Of a DNA stretch of 63,565 nucleotides, positions 36,530 to 49,870 are shown piece by piece. Source of the stretch: Octopus bimaculoides. Its lineage: Eukaryota. The stretch spans positions 17,201,420 to 17,264,984 of the forward strand of contig NC_068993.1 in assembly GCF_001194135.2 (NCBI RefSeq), given 5' to 3'. The position numbers and the translations under genes were made by a program. Under the pieces are notes generated by a model. The model was not told the DNA's origin. It saw nothing but the letters and a program-made list of their open reading frames with translations, and ran no database searches. The first letter of the stretch is position 1, and each line of letters begins with the position of its first letter.

Positions 36530-36775
36530 CGGCACCATCAGTACTTTTTATGTGTTGCCAGCACCAGCGCTTTTAACATGGAACCAGTGCCAGTGTTCTT
36601 AATGTGGAACCACCATCAGTGCCTTTTATGTGACACCACCATCAGTGTTTTTAACATGGCACTAACTCCAGTACTTTTAACATGGAACCAGCACCAGTGT
36701 TCTTCATGTGGCACCACCATCAGTGCCTTTAATGTCACACCAGCACCAGCACCAGTGCTTTTAACATGGCACCAG
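36530..36775. repeat. Minisatellite of about 9 degenerate ~26-nt units within a family C SINE
   Basis: Unit approximately GG[C/A]ACCA[G/C]CA[C/T]CAGTG[C/T]TTTTAA[C/T][A/G]T; related arrays at about 46160-46280 and 47590-47670. Confidence 0.8.
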
Positions 36776-39348
36776 AAGTATTATAATCATTATTTAATAA
36801 ATGTGGGTGAGCTGGCAGAATCATTAGAGTATCAAAAAGTGCCTTGTAGCATTTCTTCCAGTACTTTACATTTTGGCTTCAAATCCAGCTGAGATCAACC
36901 TTACCTTCTACCCTTTCAAGGTCAATAAAATAAAAGTACCAGTCAAATATTGAGGTTGATGGAACTGAATAACACACTCCTCTCAAAAACTGTTGGCCTT
37001 CTGTCTAAATCAAAAACTATGATTATTGTTAAGGGATAGTGCCAATAACCATTTCAGTACCACCCAAAATGGTGAGTTCAACGTATTTGTATGTTGATAT
37101 ACAATTTCATATTCAGTTTTCCCAGTAGATGTCAACATCTACAGGGAAAACACAAGTCAGAAGAAATTTCAGAGGATCATAGTTCTGAGAGTGAGAAATG
37201 ATTGGGTAAAACGTTGAGAGAGTTGTGGTTTGAGGCAGGGGAGAGCAGTATGCAGTTTGTTAATTCAGAAAACCAGAGATTGTTGCAGTAGGAGAAACAG
37301 AGAGAAGAAACAGTGCAGCTGAGTCCAGTAAACTGTAGCATGTTGTTGAGTGAGTCATTGCCAATCAGCCAAAATGGCCTTATTTTAGATGCAGTCTAGG
37401 ATATGTGTGTGTGTAGCAGCAGCAGTACTGTCTCAGATATGTCAGCAGCACTTTAATATGGGTCATACACGAGCTTTGTAGTGGGTCAGCAACTGACTGA
37501 AGCTGAAGTATTTTATGTGAAGCTGCCATGAAAGAAAAACAGAGAGAAAGAGAAACCTAATATGCATGTTATTTAATGTTGTTAACGTTTAGCTTCCATT
37601 TTGAGTGATCAAGCAAAGGCATTCCAACCATGACTGTCATGTCCTTTTAAGGATAACTAGGACTAAATTATCATTTATTTTTAAAGTTTCTAAAGACAAT
37701 AGTGGAGTTGAAAGGTCTGGCTGTTATTTCTAGCAGGTCAACCAACCACCTTGTAGGCTTATGCTGTCCATGCACAGAGAGGGTGTGGTACAAGATTATT
37801 CCATTGATATGAGATTCTTTTGATACTGTTCAAGGAGATTGTATTGTCATGCTCATATTTTTACCAAACACACACAAATTCAATCAATGCAACATATTTT
37901 ATATTTGTTTTTGTTTTTTAAACCTTATATTATTACTTTTAAATGTCTTAGACTAAGTGGTTTTTTACTTTGTGTTTTTCTTTTCTTCCCTGTAAATTCA
38001 GCTTTATTCCATAGTTTGTGCTATTTTATATTACTCATATGATATTATTTCAACTTAGAAACTAAACGCTATATAGCCACTAAATCCTGTCCACAAACTC
38101 AGTAATAATTACAACAAAAGGCACTGGAGTGGTGAGTTCAAATCCTATTGAGTTGAAACAATTTCATCACCTATACCTCTCTTCCTCGTAATATAGCTTT
38201 TTTAAATTCAACTAATATAAACGTTTTTGCATTACATTATAGCTGATAATAGTCAAAATATAATATTTAAATCAAAACAATTCTTACTCCTGGGCAAGGC
38301 ACATAACTCTTGTTACCTCAGTTCCTGGATCACGCTAAATACGTCTCCTAATGGTTAGCAAGCAGTATTCCAATATTCAAATGGAAACTTTTTGCACCCT
38401 TCTTTCTGTGTATTATATATAATACACACACACATCCCTTTTTCTATGATTGTGTAAACTAGATGAATATATCATAGAGGTATCATTTTACAGCCAGATG
38501 CTCATTTTGTTGCTAACTCTTACTTGTTTACCAAGTAAGGGATCTCTTATTCCACCTCTTCAAGGGTGAAAAGCCTGCAGATGATTTATAGACAGGAGAA
38601 ATGACAATACCACTGTTAGTAGCTCAGGGATTTTCAGTGCAAATGCAAACAAACACAACAGGCTTCTTTCAAATTTCCATTAATCAAATTCACTCACAAT
38701 GCTTTGGTTGATCCTGGACAACAGTAGAATACATTTAACCCAAAGCACCATGCAGTGGGAGCTTAGTGATCACGCACACGTGTGTGTGTGTGTGTGCAAG
38801 TGGTTGCTTTCTGAGTGTCTTCACATCTGTAAGTAATATGTTCTGTAGCTCAATGATGTCAATATGTGAAGGCTAGTGCAATAAAAATACCTTATAGTTC
38901 TAAAACAAGGGTTGGCAACAAAAAGGGCATCCAGCCATAGAATATTAACTTGATATGTCTTGCTCAATACAGTACAGTAACAATAAAAGGCAAGATATTA
39001 CCAGCAACGGTAATATCAGATATTACCAGCAACTGATACATGGGTCGAGTCCCAAAGGTAGATTGGTTTGTTTTTTCCATAAAATTGCTGCTTATAATGT
39101 TTAATAATACTTATGGTCCAAAATCTTATCAGTTATTTCATTCACATATATTATTTTAATGCTCGCAAAAGCCAGGACAGATTTTCTACAGCATGATGCC
39201 TTTCCTGTCACTAACTCTTACCCGTTTTCAAGCAAGGTGGTATTAGCCCATAGCCAGACATGTTGCAGAATATTAGAAATGAATGACATTCATTTACCAC
39301 ATGTGATGCTAAGACAAGGAAACACACACACACATGCTTGTGTGTGAT

Positions 39349-39442
<94 letters not shown>

Positions 39443-40711
39443 CAAAAGGCTTCTTTCTACCAAATTCACTCACAACAGTTTGGGCAGTCTAGGGCTATAG
39501 TAGTAAACAGATACACACGGTGCTAAGCAGTGGGACTGAACCCTAAACCATGTGATTAGGCAAGCTTGGAATATGGACACTAAATGATGATGATCATCAC
39601 CAGCAGAAATAATGGGTAATATTACCCCTCTGGTTTAACAGCAATGCTGCGTTCAAAAAAACATCACCTTGTTTGTATCATACAATACACATTCGACACT
39701 CCTAGTAAAAATAAATATAAGTTAGTTTATGTGTGTGTGTGTGTTTTAATTAAATATGGCTTTATTGTAAAGCAGACTAATGATTGTTGCAGCTGTCATC
39801 ATTAACAGAGTGCCACTGGTGCAGCAGTGTCGCAGCAAAGAGACTCAACACATGCTGGCTGTACCCTCACACATTGCATATTTGCATATTTTCTATTTTT
39901 GTTTTCTAAAGAGATGAACCTTGATCTAACTTCAGTGAGATTTAAATTTATGAATGATTTTTACAAGATAAAATAAATTATGTAGGAAATTGACCCTACC
40001 GAATTTCTAGACAGTCACTCAGTCTGCTAGAAACAGCAGTCCTTCAAATTACACACTATTGTCTAAAAAAGAAGGAACATAATAGATGATGTGATCCTGG
40101 ATACAAAATGTCAGAGAGAAAAAAATGTAATAGTCATGACTGGAATGCTTTTGACCATGTCAGCTCAGTCAAACCAAATATCCTGGGCTCAACAACAAGT
40201 GGAACAACAGGCCAACGAAAGAACCTCTACCTGATATGCTAAAAATAACAGCCAAATTCCGCATGAATCACATCTTTTCATCTTAAAAAGGAAGGACTTT
40301 TGAATATCACAATCCTAGTTATAGTTTGTGAATGAAATTTGATAGTTAAAAACTGTGCCCCTCATATATACAAGTGTGTGTGTGTGTGTGTGCATGCATA
40401 CCATAATCATCATTTAATATCTGTTTCCCATGGTGTCATGTACTGAACAGTGACAGGATCTCATGAGCTGCAGCGCCAACCACTTTACAGTGTAAATTGG
40501 ATGCTTTTTTCGATGCCAATGGAACTAGTAAGGCTGTAAGAACTAGTATGACAAAAAGAACTGAAAAAGAAAAACATCCCCACTAACGGTGGGGGTGGGA
40601 AGCTTTATGTTAGATGCTGAGAGGCTGAAGAATGAGATATGTATGCGTTTGACCGTTGACTGAACACTATTCAAATTTTTTTTCTCCGTGTTTTTCTCCT
40701 TGTCTCCGTAT

Positions 40712-40748
40712 TCTTTCTGTTGAAGAGCGTAGCTCGAAACGTTAAAGA
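40712..40748 (+). ncRNA. Minimal type I hammerhead-like motif with variant core CUGUUGA, Penelope pLTR-like
   Basis: Stem I TCTTT(40712-16)/AAAGA(40744-48); core CTGTTGA; extra A; stem II GAGC-GTA-GCTC; GAAAC; palindromic ACGT stem III; GUU triplet. Confidence 0.55.
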
Positions 40749-40837
40749 CTTTCCGTATTCCCGAGCGTCAAACTAATACATGCTTTTGTTGTTTACACCA
40801 CCTGTCCTCGTCTGTTGTTGTTTTTTCGTACATTCTC

Positions 40838-40877
<40 letters not shown>

Positions 40878-41478
40878 TCATAATCATCCTCATCATTTAA
40901 TATCCGTTCTCCATGCTGGCATGGGTTGAATGCTTTGAAAGGAGCTGGCCAGTCACCATTTGTCTGTTTTGGCATGGTTTCTATGGTGAGATGCCCTCTC
41001 TAGTGCCAACCACTTTACAGTGCACTGGATGCTTTTACGTGAGACTAGTACAGGCACATTTATGTCACACCAGCATTGGTGCTTTTATGTGGAACCAGCG
41101 TCCAGGATCTCTTGACTGAGAGAGGGATGTAGAGGACATGCTTGTATGCATGAACAGCCGTGATCTTACTTAAGTTGACATATCTTCTCAAGCACAGCAA
41201 ACCACCAGAGAGATTTGTGTGTCTGTATCCATGTTTATGTTGTTATTTGAGTTATGTCCCTTTGTGTTCTATAATTTAGTAGTTTGACAAATAGAGATCA
41301 ATAAATTAAGTACCAGCCTGGAACAATACTGAAATCAATATGATCAACTGAAACCTTTAATAAAATAGTGCAACTAACAAAACTTTAGGTTTTACAGAAG
41401 AGAAAATAAACGGGATTGTGGGACATTCATACTTTTCCTAAAATGAGCCAAAGAATCAAGCATGCATCATATGAGTGA

Positions 41479-41530
<52 letters not shown>

Positions 41531-41750
41531 CTTCCTCCTTGCCTTGACATCATGTGATAATTGTAAATGAGTATCACCCTTTGCAATTGGTGTCCTTCAT
41601 ATCTAATCTTTTGTGAAAAATGCATCTGGTCATTGAGAACTATTGCCTTACTTAGAAACATGCAAAGGTTGGTAACAGGAAGGGCATCTAGCCTTAGAAA
41701 ATCCACCTCAACAAATTCTGCCTGGCCTCCCGTGAGCATGGAAAAATGGA

Positions 41751-41784
<34 letters not shown>

Positions 41785-42624
41785 GTGATTGTGAATATTA
41801 GAAACATAATCATGAACATGACCTTTCTCCCAGTAAACCAAATCCATCTAATTCAGAAAATAAATTACAATAACTGCTTTACAGTAGGATGTAGTCTTAA
41901 AGACTAGTTATCCAGCTGTAGTTAATAATCTCAATGATTGCTGCTGCACCTCAAATATAGGATTAGAAATTTCACAGTGATTTTTCTCTCTGAAGCACAA
42001 GGCCCTGTTTTTGTAAGTGGGAGGGAGAAAATATTGATTTCTCACACTGGTGCAAAGCTGAAGGTTTACAGAGGTGTGGTGAGTGGGGTATAGCCAATTA
42101 AACTGGCTCAAGTGCATGACTTGAGTTATTTTATCAATCCTGAAACACAGAAGAACAAGTCTAGGTACTGAAAAGCACTTAGTTTGCACAACTGTTCCTG
42201 CCAACTGTCAGTCATGTTAGTAATAAACATGATGATGATTACTGAGATTGGCACAAAGCCATACATTTGTGGAGAGGTGGAGGGTGAGGAGAACAAAGAT
42301 GTGGTCAATCTAATCAATGCAAGTACTTGATTGGCATTTAATCATGGAAGGATCAAACCAATGAACTAGTTTCTATGAAGTTGTTAGACCTGCAGCCAAA
42401 TTCCTTTAAATCGCACCCTGCTGTTTTAAAAATAGACATATTAGACAATATTAATTGAAGGGTCAGTCAATACATTTGAGTATCAAATATATGAGGGAAA
42501 AGATTGACAGTGACTTCAAAGTCTCACCACTGTTGGCATCATTAGATTGTCTGATGAAGTCAACGGATAGCAAAACTTCGAAGTTACTATCAACCCTTTC
42601 CTTGTAATAATATATTAGATGCCG

Positions 42625-42845
42625 AAGGTGGCGAGCTGGCAAAATCGTTAGCACGCCGGGCGAAATGCTTAGCAGTATTTCGTCTGTCTTTATGTTCAGA
42701 GTTCAAATTTCACCGAGGTCGACTTTGCCTTTCATCCTTTCAGGGTCAATAAAAGTACCAGTTGCATGCTGGGGACGATCTAATAAACTGGCCCCCTCCC
42801 CAAAAATTTCAGGCCTTGTGCCTAGAGTAGAAAAGAATATATTAA
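42625..42845 (+). mobile_element. Near full-length SINE family B (Meta-domain-like)
   Basis: GGCGAGCTGGCAAAATCGTTAGCACG...GAGTTCAAATT...GACTTTGCCTTTCATCCTT..GGGTCAATAAAAGTACCAG...GCCTTGTGCC. Other copies at 31340-31510, 36140-36340, 36800-37030, 51310-51750, 53075-53640 and 54620-54740. Confidence 0.85.
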
Positions 42846-42924
42846 ATACCGAAGTGTTTGATATACCATACTTGAACAGAGATGGGATGGTCATAACTGG
42901 AGTAACTCTGATCATTCGTCTGTC

Positions 42925-43277
42925 TCATCAATCAGGATTGAGAGATCTCCTTCGGTCATGACTGACCATGGGATTGCACCTAGAAAGTTACCCTCCCAGG
43001 CACAAGTCCAGGCAAGGTTGTTTATGGAAGACCAGCACTCGCCCATGCATACCAGCTTCCCTTCTCCACGCCACCAGTGTTATCCAAGGGAAAGGTAAAG
43101 GCCGATACAGCTTGGCACCAGTGACGTCGCAACTTGTTTTTACAGCTGAGTGAACAGGAGCAACGTGAAATAAAGTGTCTTGCTCAAGAACACAACATGC
43201 AGCCTGGTCCGGGATTCGAACTCACAACCTCATGATCGTAAGCTCGACGCTCTAACCACTGAACCATGCACCTTCAC
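42925..43277 (-). mobile_element. tRNA-headed SINE family D
   Basis: Reverse-complement head GGTGCATGGTTCAGTGGTTAGAGCG...GAGTTCGAATCCCGGACC (A and B boxes), followed by GTGTTCTTGAGCAAGACACT; diverged copy at about 28370-28555. Confidence 0.75.
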
Positions 43278-44610
43278 AATCAAGACTAACCCAGGACTAA
43301 ATAAGAAGAACCAAGAAAGGATAGAAAACACAGCTGAGCCTGGCAGAAATTGAAATCACAATGTAAAGGAGTATACAATAGAGCATTTATGGTCACCTTA
43401 AGACAAATGACAAACAGTTAAGCTCAGTATCAATATAACAAAACCCTTTTAGCAAACACTGCAGAAAAATTTATCAACTGAATGACCTAATGCAATATAT
43501 TCTATGGATGATGATCAAATGCTAGTGTTATATAAATTCTTAATTCTTTGTTTAACCCCCATACCAACTCCTACTGAATCAAAAACTATATACAAAAGGA
43601 TCATTCTGACTTTGTTTCAGAGATAATGCTTCTTTCTCTTTATAAGCTTGTAAGGTCTGAATTGGAGATTTAGTGTCTATTTCTAACTGGTTGGACCATC
43701 CTGTAGAGGTCCCTCTCCCACTATCATGAACTGTTGCATTATAGCTTAATTTCCTTAATTACATATTTATTATGCTGAATGCCTGCAGAAGAGGGAGAGG
43801 GCTTTCAGAATGTTTAAGTGGGTGTAGTTAGAAATTTACATTACACATCTCTATGAATTTCTTTCTCACTCCAGACAACGAAAATATTCCAATGCAATAG
43901 TTACAATTATAGTTCCACATCATATTTCAAACCTTGTGCCTATAGTAAAAAGGATTATTATTATTGTTGTTGTTGTTGTTAATGTAGTGATTTATGTGTC
44001 CCATTAAATAATTAGATTCACAATACTAACTATTGAAAACATTAGTAATATACAAAATAGATTTTTAAAATTCCTATAAAGAAAATTAAACCAGGGTTCC
44101 TAAAAGTGAAATAGAATATATGACCAGAGCTGCAAGGAATGGATGGGAAGAAAGATTTACCATAATTGAAAAGAAAAATGTTATTGAAAGGCCCATGTTG
44201 CTACGTACAAACAAATCATTTGAATTAGTAGGCAAGAAAGAAACTGGTTTAGTCTTTTATATTTGTATCGTAGAAAAGATTTGCAAAACTGCAGAAATAA
44301 ATATTGCTGCTTAAAAACCAGGTCAATCTAAATCAAATAATCTTTTGATGAAGACATTCCAGTGGTGACCATTCCATATATTTTTAATGTCCAATAAGTC
44401 CTTCCATTTTTTTCATAATGGTTGAATGGGAGAGCTATATCAGGAAGATTTGGCTGCCATTTCTAGCAAATTAACTGAACACATAAAAGCTCCTTCCTTA
44501 GCTTGGTGTAGATTCATTAAGTCATAATTAATTTCCAACCTTAGGAATAATAATGTGGAGTTTAATTCTATAAGATGGCTCCCAAAAGAGCAAAATAAAA
44601 TAATAAATAT

Positions 44611-44656
<46 letters not shown>

Positions 44657-44905
44657 AGCAAGCTGGCAGGATCGNNNNNNNNNNNNNNNNNNNNNNNNNN
44701 NNNNNNNNNNNNNNNNNNNNNNNNNNNNNNNNNNNNNNNNNNNNNNNNNNNNNNNNNNNNNNNNNNNNNNNNNNNNNNNNNNNNNNNNNNCCTTTCATCC
44801 TTCTGAGATCAGTTAAAAAAAAAAAGGACCAGTCAAACACTGGGATCAATGTAATTAACTAATCCCCTTCCTCAAATGTCAGGTCTTGTGCCTATATCAG
44901 AAACA

Positions 44906-44949
<44 letters not shown>

Positions 44950-45729
44950 AGCAAGCTGGCAGGATCGTTGCCTATTCTGTTACTACTACAACTGTCTCTG
45001 TCCCATGGAACTAGCTGCATGTAGATGCATACCACCTCCATCCAGGACCACCCAAAACAAACCTGCCTTCTCTTGTCAGCTGACATTGTGAATTACTTTC
45101 TCAGGTACTACATTAATCGCTTTAGTCAAACCTCCCACCTCAGAGAGTCTCGCCCACTGGAATTCTTTTTCCCCAGACATCAACTGAACATCAACCTACT
45201 TAATCAATAATCTCACCTGTCATAGAGGCCTGTGAAGGTCAAGGTTACTGGTTCGTTATTTCTGACTAAACAGTAAAAAGAAAATGCTGCTTGAGGATGA
45301 CATCCTCATACTATCACCATCATCATCATCGTTTTAATGTCAACATTTTCCATGCTTGCATGAGTCAGGTGGAGTTGTATTGAGGCAGATTTTCTATGGA
45401 TGGATGCCCTTCCTCACCTGTTTCAAAGCAAGGGGGTCAGACATTTCACATTGAATACTGGAAATAAATGACACTATTTGTATGAAAGTGACACTGGTTT
45501 ACAACTATCATGTGATGTTTAGACAATGACACCACACATATCATCATCATCATCAGCATCATTTAATGTCCGTTTTCCATGCTGGCATGGTTTGGACAGT
45601 TTGACTAGGCTCCCTTGTCTGTTTCGGTTTTAGTTTCTACTGCTGGATGCCCTTCCTAAGACCAACTACTCTACAGAGAGTACAGGTGCTTTTTATGTGG
45701 CATCAGTGCTCTTAACCTGGCACCAGTAA

Positions 45730-45760
<31 letters not shown>

Positions 45761-46479
45761 ACAGGCTTCTTTCAGTTTCTCTTTGCCAGATTTACTCATA
45801 AGGCATTGGTCAACCCAAAGCTATTATAGTACAAGACACTTGCTCGAGGTTCCATGCAATAGGACTGAATTTGTAATCATATGGTTGAGAAGCAAACTTC
45901 ATAATTATATGGCGCTGCTTAGATATGATATTATCATAATGTGGCCACATATTCATACTTTAAACAATGTGTTATTCAGGCCACATTGGAGATATGCCTA
46001 CACCATACTCTTATGTAGTGGAGTAACCAGGAAAAGAAATATCTATCATGAAAACCCCTTTTTTTGAGAGCAACTTGTTTGAGATCTCATAATATAAATG
46101 CTGTCCTTGCATGCAGGCATGTCCCCTACAGCCTTCCTTAGCTGAGTGATACAAACCTTGCAGGTTCATGGGTGCTGGTGCCATGTAAAAAGCACCCATG
46201 TCAATGCTGCAAAAAGGGCACCTGTGCCAATGCTATGTAAAAGCCCCCTGCCATTGCCACATAAAAGCACCCAGTACACTCTGTAGAGTGGTTGGTGTTA
46301 GGAATAGCATCCAGCTATAGAAACCATGCTAAAACAGATATAGAGCCCAGGCAGTTCTTCATCAGGCTAGCTTCTGTCAAGTTGTTCAATCCATGGAAAA
46401 CAGAGGATGAATGATGATGGTGTGAAATTTCAGTTGATAATGCCAATATTACACACACACACACATTATGTATATGTAT

Positions 46480-46775
46480 ATAAAGTTCCAAAAGTTAGCG
46501 AGAAGATCAGGCAAAGACGGATGTGACTATCTGGTAACTGCATGCACCACCCTGAACTGGAAGCACCCAAATTAGTCTTGTGGCACCCACTTCATAATGA
46601 TGTAAGAAGAGGAAAATGTCATCACACTTACATCGACAACTTAATTGCAGACACTGGCCTGGCCTGGAATGTATCCAAGATCTTGAGGCAGTGATGATGA
46701 ACCGAGAAGTGTGGACTTCGTTGCTGTGGCCCGGGTTGGAACCTGGCCATAATAATAATAATAATAATTGAAAAT
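46480..46775 (+). mobile_element. 3' end of an RTE-clade LINE with a (TAA)n tail
   Basis: Translates ..LSGNCMHHPELEAPKLVLWHP..RRG..HTYIDNLIADTG..NREVW, matching the typical RT C-terminal L-A-G-H...L-W-x-P...R-G-R...Y-I-D...D-T-G...D-R-x-x-W pattern. Confidence 0.65.
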
Positions 46776-48149
46776 TAATTGAAACACATAGGCTTGGCTT
46801 GTTAGAAATATAGTTATGAAAGAATTACCAAAAACAATTTTAAAAAAAGAACATAGAATTGGCAACAATGGTGGCTTGTATCAAGGAAATCCTATAAGAA
46901 ACCCATTTTATTCTAATGTCCTGAGAGAGAAGTTAATAACTTTAGCCTAGCCAATCCAACACTCAGTCACATAGAAGTATGTAAATGCTTTCATAAAACA
47001 AAAGCACACAGCATACAGGATTTTAAAGTCAGTGACTATTCATTACTCATTAGGAAAATCAACCGAATTTTCAGTGTTGTGTTATTCCCTGAATGGTAGG
47101 ATTATTATACATAGATAGTTTAAATGTTTATAAAATAAACAAATTTCCCCCTATTTTTTTTTTTATATTATTTCTTTTTCTTTATTTTATTCATTTCAGT
47201 CACTGGACTTCAGCCATGCTGGGACACCATCCAGAGGGTTTTAGTCAAACAAATTGCCCCACAGGACTTACTTTTTTTTTTTAAAGGCTGGTACTATTCT
47301 ATTGGTCTTTTTTACCAAACCATTAAGCTATGGGGACATAAACAAACCAACAACAGTTGTCACTTGGTGGGAGGAGGATATCAAACACAGAACACACACA
47401 CACACACACACACACATGGTGGGCTTCCACAAAGCTTCTGTCTACCAAATTCACTCCAGAACATTGACCGGCCTTGCTTCAGTAGAAGACACATGCTCGA
47501 CATGCCACATTTTGAGATTGAACCCACACAGCCCTGCCTCCATCTATGTTACAATTTTTCTTTTTCAATCTGCCATGTCCAATCATGCTGGCACCATGTT
47601 AAAAGCACTGGAGTTAATGCCACATTAAAAGCACTGTGCTGGTGCCAGTTTATGTGGCACCAGCACAGTGCACTCAATAAAGTTAGGAAGGACATCCAGC
47701 TGTATAAACCATGCCAAAACAGACAACAGAACCTGGTGCAGACCCTGGTCTTACTAGCTCCTGTCAAACTGTCTAACCCATGTCAACATGGAAAATGAAC
47801 CTTGAATGATGATGTTTGATCCAGGCATTAATTACACAAATCTGGATTTTTGGAGCACATGTTGTCATTTCACTCCAAGACTGCCCTGTTTCAACAAAAT
47901 TATGATCAAAGGTGTTCCAACAAAGAGAGCATTTTATCTCTTTGTATATTTAGGTCTACACTGTCCAATGTGTTCTTGTTATTTTAAAGACAGCATGATG
48001 TGATTTGATAAGATTTATCTGTTATTTCTAGCAAGTTGTGTGACTATATAAAAGTTCCTTTGTTGGCTGACAATTCCTAGATTTTATTACAACCATGAAG
48101 TAACAACAATGTTGGCTATTGCAGAAATAAATTAACGAAGAAAGCTTAA

Positions 48150-49750
48150 CCAGGCAAGGCTGTATGGTAATAAGCTTGATTCCCAGTCACACGGTTCTGG
48201 GTTCAGTCCCACAGTGTGGCACCTTGGGCAAGCATCTTCTACTATAGCTTCAGGCCAATCAAAACCTTTTGTGAGTAGATGTGGTAGGCAGAAATTGAAA
48301 GAAGCCCATTGTATATCTAAAGGGTGGGCCAGAATTCATGACTCACTTATTATATTTATTAATACATTAATATTTATTAATAAGCATATTAAGAAATATA
48401 ACTAATGAGTCATGAATTCTGGCCCACCCTATATATATATCTGTGTGCGCCTTTGTGTCTGTTTGTCCACCACCACTTGACAACTGGTGTTAGTTTGTTT
48501 ACATTCCCGTAACTTAATTATTTGGTAGAAGAGACTGATAGAATAAGTTACCAGACTTAAAAAGAAAATGAAAGGACTGGGGTCGATTTATTTGACTAAA
48601 AATTCTTCAAGGCTGTAGTCTAGTGACAGAAACAAGTAAAAGAAAAAACATAAATAAAACAAAGAAAGAAATATTAGTGCTTAGGTATGTTTGGAATTAT
48701 CGACATCATGTTACATTTGCCTTCCATGCTGATGTAGGTTATACAGGTCATCACACACCGAGTCAGCCCTTATTCAGAGTTACTGTCCTCCTTTAAGGGT
48801 CAAGGGACTACATCTCACTCATACATTCCATTCTGCCATGGTTTCTACACCTTAATGTCCTTCTTGATTCTAACCACTTTACAACATGCACAGCATGCAT
48901 TTTATCATGGCACATGAAGAGGATGTCATGTCATCATCACTATCATCATCGTTTTAATTTATTCTTTTGTTTCAGTCATTTGGCTGTGGCTATGCTGGAG
49001 CACTGCCTTTAGTTGAACAAATTGACCCCAGGACTTATTTTTTGTAAGCCTAGTGCTTATTCTACTGGTCTCTTTTGCTGAACCACTAAGTTACGGGGAC
49101 GTAAACACCAACATCAGTTGTCAAGTGATGGTGAGGGTGACAAACACACACACATATTTATATATATATATATATATATACCACGGGCTTCTTTCAGTTT
49201 CCAAACACAGACACACAAACATATACACACACATACATATATATATACATATATACGACAGGCTTCTTTCAGTTTCCATCTGCTAAATCCACTCACAAGG
49301 CTTTGGTTGGCCCGAGGCTATAGTAGAATACACTTGCCCAAGGTGCCATGTAGTGGGACTGAAGCCGGCACCATGTGGTTGATAAGCAAATTACTTACCA
49401 CACAGCCACACCTGCGCCTGTCCACTTTTCCATACTTGTATGAGTTGGACAAAGTTTATCGAGGCAGATTTTCTGGAGCCAAATGGTCTTCCCGTCACCA
49501 AATTCAAGTGTTTTCAAGCAGGGTAATATTTCTGTGTTTTCACAGAATATTGGACATGAACACACACTGCATGTGTGTGTGTGTGTGTGTGTAACAGGCT
49601 TCTGTTTCCATTGACTAAATTCATTTACAAGGCTTTGGTCAGCCTGGGGCTATAGTAGAAGACACTTGCCCAAGGTGCTACCACAGAAGGATTTAACCCA
49701 GGGCCACACAGTTACGAAGCAAGCTTCTCAACCATACAGCTATGTCACAA
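48150..49750. repeat. Cluster of family A and C SINE copies with CpG-to-TpG/CpA decay
   Basis: For example CACTGCCTTTAGTTGAACAAATTGACCCC here versus CACCGCCTTTAGTCGAGCAAATCGACCCC at about 6620. Confidence 0.8.
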
Positions 49751-49821
49751 TCTTGATTAAATTAAAGAATCCTCTCCACTCTACATCAACTTTATTTATT
49801 CACCAACCTCTTTACAAAGCA

Positions 49822-49870
49822 TAGGGTTAGGGTTAGGTTTACCCTAACCCTAACCCTAGCGTTAGGGTTA
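49822..49870. repeat. Interstitial telomere-like TTAGGG repeats arranged as an inverted hairpin
   Basis: TAGGGTTAGGGTTAGG (49822-37), loop TTTAC, CCTAACCCTAACCCTA (49843-58), then GTTAGGGTTAG. Confidence 0.9.

Noticed and set aside
36530-36775. Possible CRISPR-like array
   Set aside because: Eukaryotic context, contiguous degenerate units with no unique spacers, no cas genes, and it lies inside a SINE
42548-42590. CTGATGAAG...CTTCGAAG hammerhead-like string (also CTGACGA-TGGGA/TCCCA at about 61872)
   Set aside because: The GAAA element and stems I and III are missing
43205-43277. Possible tRNA gene
   Set aside because: A and B boxes are present but there is no proper acceptor stem, and it continues directly into a SINE body seen elsewhere in the window
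44610-44970. (TTA)n-CAGCAAGCTGGCAGGATCG repeated before and after a gap
   Set aside because: Same gap-overlap artefact pattern
49841-49860. Telomerase RNA template
   Set aside because: The C-rich run is about three repeats and is sequestered in a hairpin with its complement; a template is about 1.5 repeats, and I saw no pseudoknot or H/ACA domain
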